A DNA stretch of 63,364 nucleotides, counting the filler, from Olpidium bornovanus S191 (taxonomy: Eukaryota > Fungi > Olpidiomycota), in NCBI GenBank assembly GCA_017911155.1. It is 32 parts of 32 records of this genome, joined end to end, with 100 filler letters (N's around TTAATTAATTAA, not from the genome) between each part and the next. Parts side by side here need not be neighbours in the genome. Positions count along the whole stretch, not along the records: positions 60,473 to 63,364 come from JAEFCI010012185.1; 31 more parts are not named here. One strand, written 5' to 3'. The number at the start of each line of letters is the position of its first letter. Within the stretch, counting starts at the first letter, position 1. Of this stretch, positions 60,919-63,364 are shown piece after piece. Position numbers and translations under genes: made by a program. Under the pieces are notes generated by a model, which was not told the DNA's origin, did no database searches, and worked only from the letters and a program-made list of their open reading frames with translations.

Positions 60919-63364
60919 ATGGTCAAGTCGTATCTCCGCTACGAGCCGGAGAGGTTTTTCGGCGTCGTGGCCAGCTCCGCCGGAAACGCCGTCTTCGACT
61001 CAGCCGGGAGGCACGCAATCGCCCCCGCCCTCGAAGACGTCGTCGTGTGGGACCTCAAGAAGGGGGAGGCCGTGGCGACGTGGCACGACAGCGACAACAG
61101 GGGCGCGGAGGTCACCTGCGTCGTCCGCAGCCCGAACGGCGTCGATTACGCCGTCGGGTACGCCGACGGCTCGATACGGATATGGTCGCGGAAAACGGAC
61201 CATTCGAGGGTCACCTTCAACGGCCACCGCGGCGCGGTGACCGCGCTAGCGTTCGACCGCCTGGGCGCCCTGCTGGCCTCCGGCAGCAAGGACACCGACC
61301 TGATTGTGTGGGACGTCGTCGGCGAGACCGGGTTGTATAGGTGCGAAAAAAGAGAAAATGTTCCTAGCCTCGCCGCGGGCAGGCCGCGCGGTGTGGTCGC
61401 CCGTTCGACCCGCGCGGCGGCGGCGCGCGAAAGAAAAAGCCTGACTTTGGGTTCCGTTCGCCTGCAGGCTCAGGGGGCACAAGAACCAGGTTACGGGGAT
61501 TGCGTTCCTGCCCAAGCCGGTTCTGGCGGCCGAGGAGAAGGAAGGAAAAGGTGAGGCGCCTGCAGAAGACTTGTCGGCCGCCGGTTACCTCGTGTCCTGC
61601 TCGAAGGACACGCTGCTTAAGCTGTGGGACCTCGCGACCCAGCACTGCGTGGAGACGCACGTGGCACACCGCTCGGAGTGCTGGGCGATGGACGTCGACC
61701 CGGGGCGGAATTACCTGGTGACGGGCGGGGGCGATGCGGAACTTAAAATGTGGAAGCTGGACAGGGAGGTCCTGGCCGGCGGCGTTCTGAACGACGCGCA
61801 CGAGCGGCCGGGCGAGGACGGCGAAGTCGCCGCCGCGCAGCCTGCCGGTCCCGAAAACACTGTTAAGAGAGCGATTAGGTTCTACGGTCCAGTCGCCCGC
61901 ATGTCTAGGGAGCGCGTGATTACGCTGCAGATACACCCTTCCGGGCGGTACCTCGGCTGCCAGGCGGCCGACAAGGCGGTCGAGATTTTCCGCGTCCGCA
62001 CCGAGGAGGAGGTGCGGAGGAAGATGGCCCGGCGGAAGAAGAGGCAAAAGGAGAAGAGCAAGGAGAAGGCGGCGAAGCTGGGCGCCGAGGAGCCGGCGGC
62101 CGAAGGAGACGCGGACGCCGGCCCGCCTGTCGTCACCGCGAACGACGAACTGCAGCACCACCAAACGGTGCGCGCGCAAGGGAAAGTCAGAAGCTTTGAC
62201 TTTGCGCCGGTGGAAGATCTCGCGCGGGCCGGTTCCATTCAGGTAACTGCTGGTTTCACACCGTTATGAAGGAATTATACCTGTGCGCAAGAGCCGAGGA
62301 GGAAGACGGCGGCCTCGTCTCGCCGTGGGCTAATGTCTCCTTTATTCCCAGATCCTGACGTCGTTGACGAACAACGTGCTCGAGGTCCACAGCTCCTCGT
62401 TGCCGCCGAAAATCAAGTCAGAGGCTATGCCGGAGCCGGAATGCCTTTATTCCATCGATCGTCCCGGCCACCGCGGTGATGTGAGAGCGCTCGCTTTGAG
62501 TTCAGACGACGAGCTTCTATGTTCTGGTTCGAATGGTGCGCGCAAACGGTTTTTGTCCTTTCAAAACGGAGTGGACCCGGGCGTTGCTGCTTTGCCGTCG
62601 TTGCTCGTCTGATGATATTTTTTGACTGAACAGGAACGCTGCGGATATGGAACGTCCAAACGGGCCGCTGCATCAGGTCCCTCAATTGCGGGCATACGCT
62701 GACCGCGTCGTTCCTGCCCGGGAACCGCCACGTGATTGTGGGCACAAAGTCCGGTGACCTGGAACTTTACGATATCCAGTCCGCCTCTCTCGTCGAAAAG
62801 ATTGAAACGGCCCATGACGGCGCGATATGGAGCCTGCAAGTTCGACCGGACAAGCGCGGCCTTGTGACGGGAGGCGCCGATAAGGACGTCAAGTTCTGGG
62901 ACTTCGACATGGTCGAGGATGTCAAAGGCGGGGTAGGATCCGCGTCTTCCGCCGCGGAAGGGGAAATTCTGCGCGATTTGGGCGGAAAGCTGAGCCGCCG
63001 CCTTTTTCCGCGTGTTTTTTTCGAAAGGTTGCTCAGCGGCGGCTGACGCTGCTTCATATGAGGACCCTCAAAATGGCGGACGACGTGCTGTGCGTCAGGT
63101 ACAGCCCGGATCAGAAGCTGATCGCCGTGGCCCTGCTGGATGCCACGGTGAAGGTGTTCTTCCACGACACCCTGAAGTTCTATCTGTCACTGTACGGACA
63201 CAAGGTGGGGGCTTCTATGGTTTTTTTTTCTTGGCCGAGATGTCATGGGTGGGAGACCTCGCTTACAGATGCTGTCCGCACCACGCAGCTGCCGGTAATG
63301 TCAATGGACATATCCTCTGACAACGCCCTTTTGGTCACCGCTTCGGCGGACAAGAACGTGAAGC
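60919..63364 (+). CDS. DIP2: U3 snoRNP WD40 protein Dip2/Utp12/WDR3, N-terminal part
   Basis: [81 protein letters not shown]; six exons with GT-AG introns. Confidence 0.97.

Overview
This window is not a contiguous locus. It is 32 short contigs (about 1.1-3.3 kb) joined by 31 artificial 100-bp spacers (44 N + TTAATTAATTAA + 44 N), so no synteny can be inferred across spacers. The DNA is GC-rich, intron-rich and fungal (homocitrate synthase, M36 fungalysin, hybrid histidine kinase, Stu1-like CLASP). A clear ciliary GTPase ARL3 points to a flagellated early-diverging fungus; an Olpidium-like organism is a guess. Recognisable gene fragments: DHR1, probable separase, hybrid HK, fungalysin, SMD1 (complete), homocitrate synthase, CDC16, SNU13 (complete), ALA1, a cyclophilin, STU1, SPF45, CYS3, TSR1, two lipases, an RNF4/Slx8-like RING protein, a CTL/PNS1 transporter, ARL3, an M16C peptidase, a RasGAP fragment and DIP2/UTP12. 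There are also five decayed Ty1/copia pol fragments and several tandem repeats. No tRNA, rRNA or CRISPR array was seen. The strongest hidden structure is a CATG signal. 21 of 62 contig ends are exactly CATG, and at least two internal CATG sites fuse copia pol coding sequence to unrelated host DNA. This is most simply a restriction-ligation library artefact, and it is a caution for any novel fusion seen here. Best biological leads: a CpG-deamination (5mC) footprint in duplicated DNA, a candidate U12-type intron or 9-nt microexon, a 78-bp array carrying a degenerate GTCACGTGAC palindrome beside a frameshifted gag-like ORF, and an 11-bp-period CGG array upstream of CYS3. I did not find a convincing complete novel system. 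All family assignments are from motif recognition by eye, not database searches.
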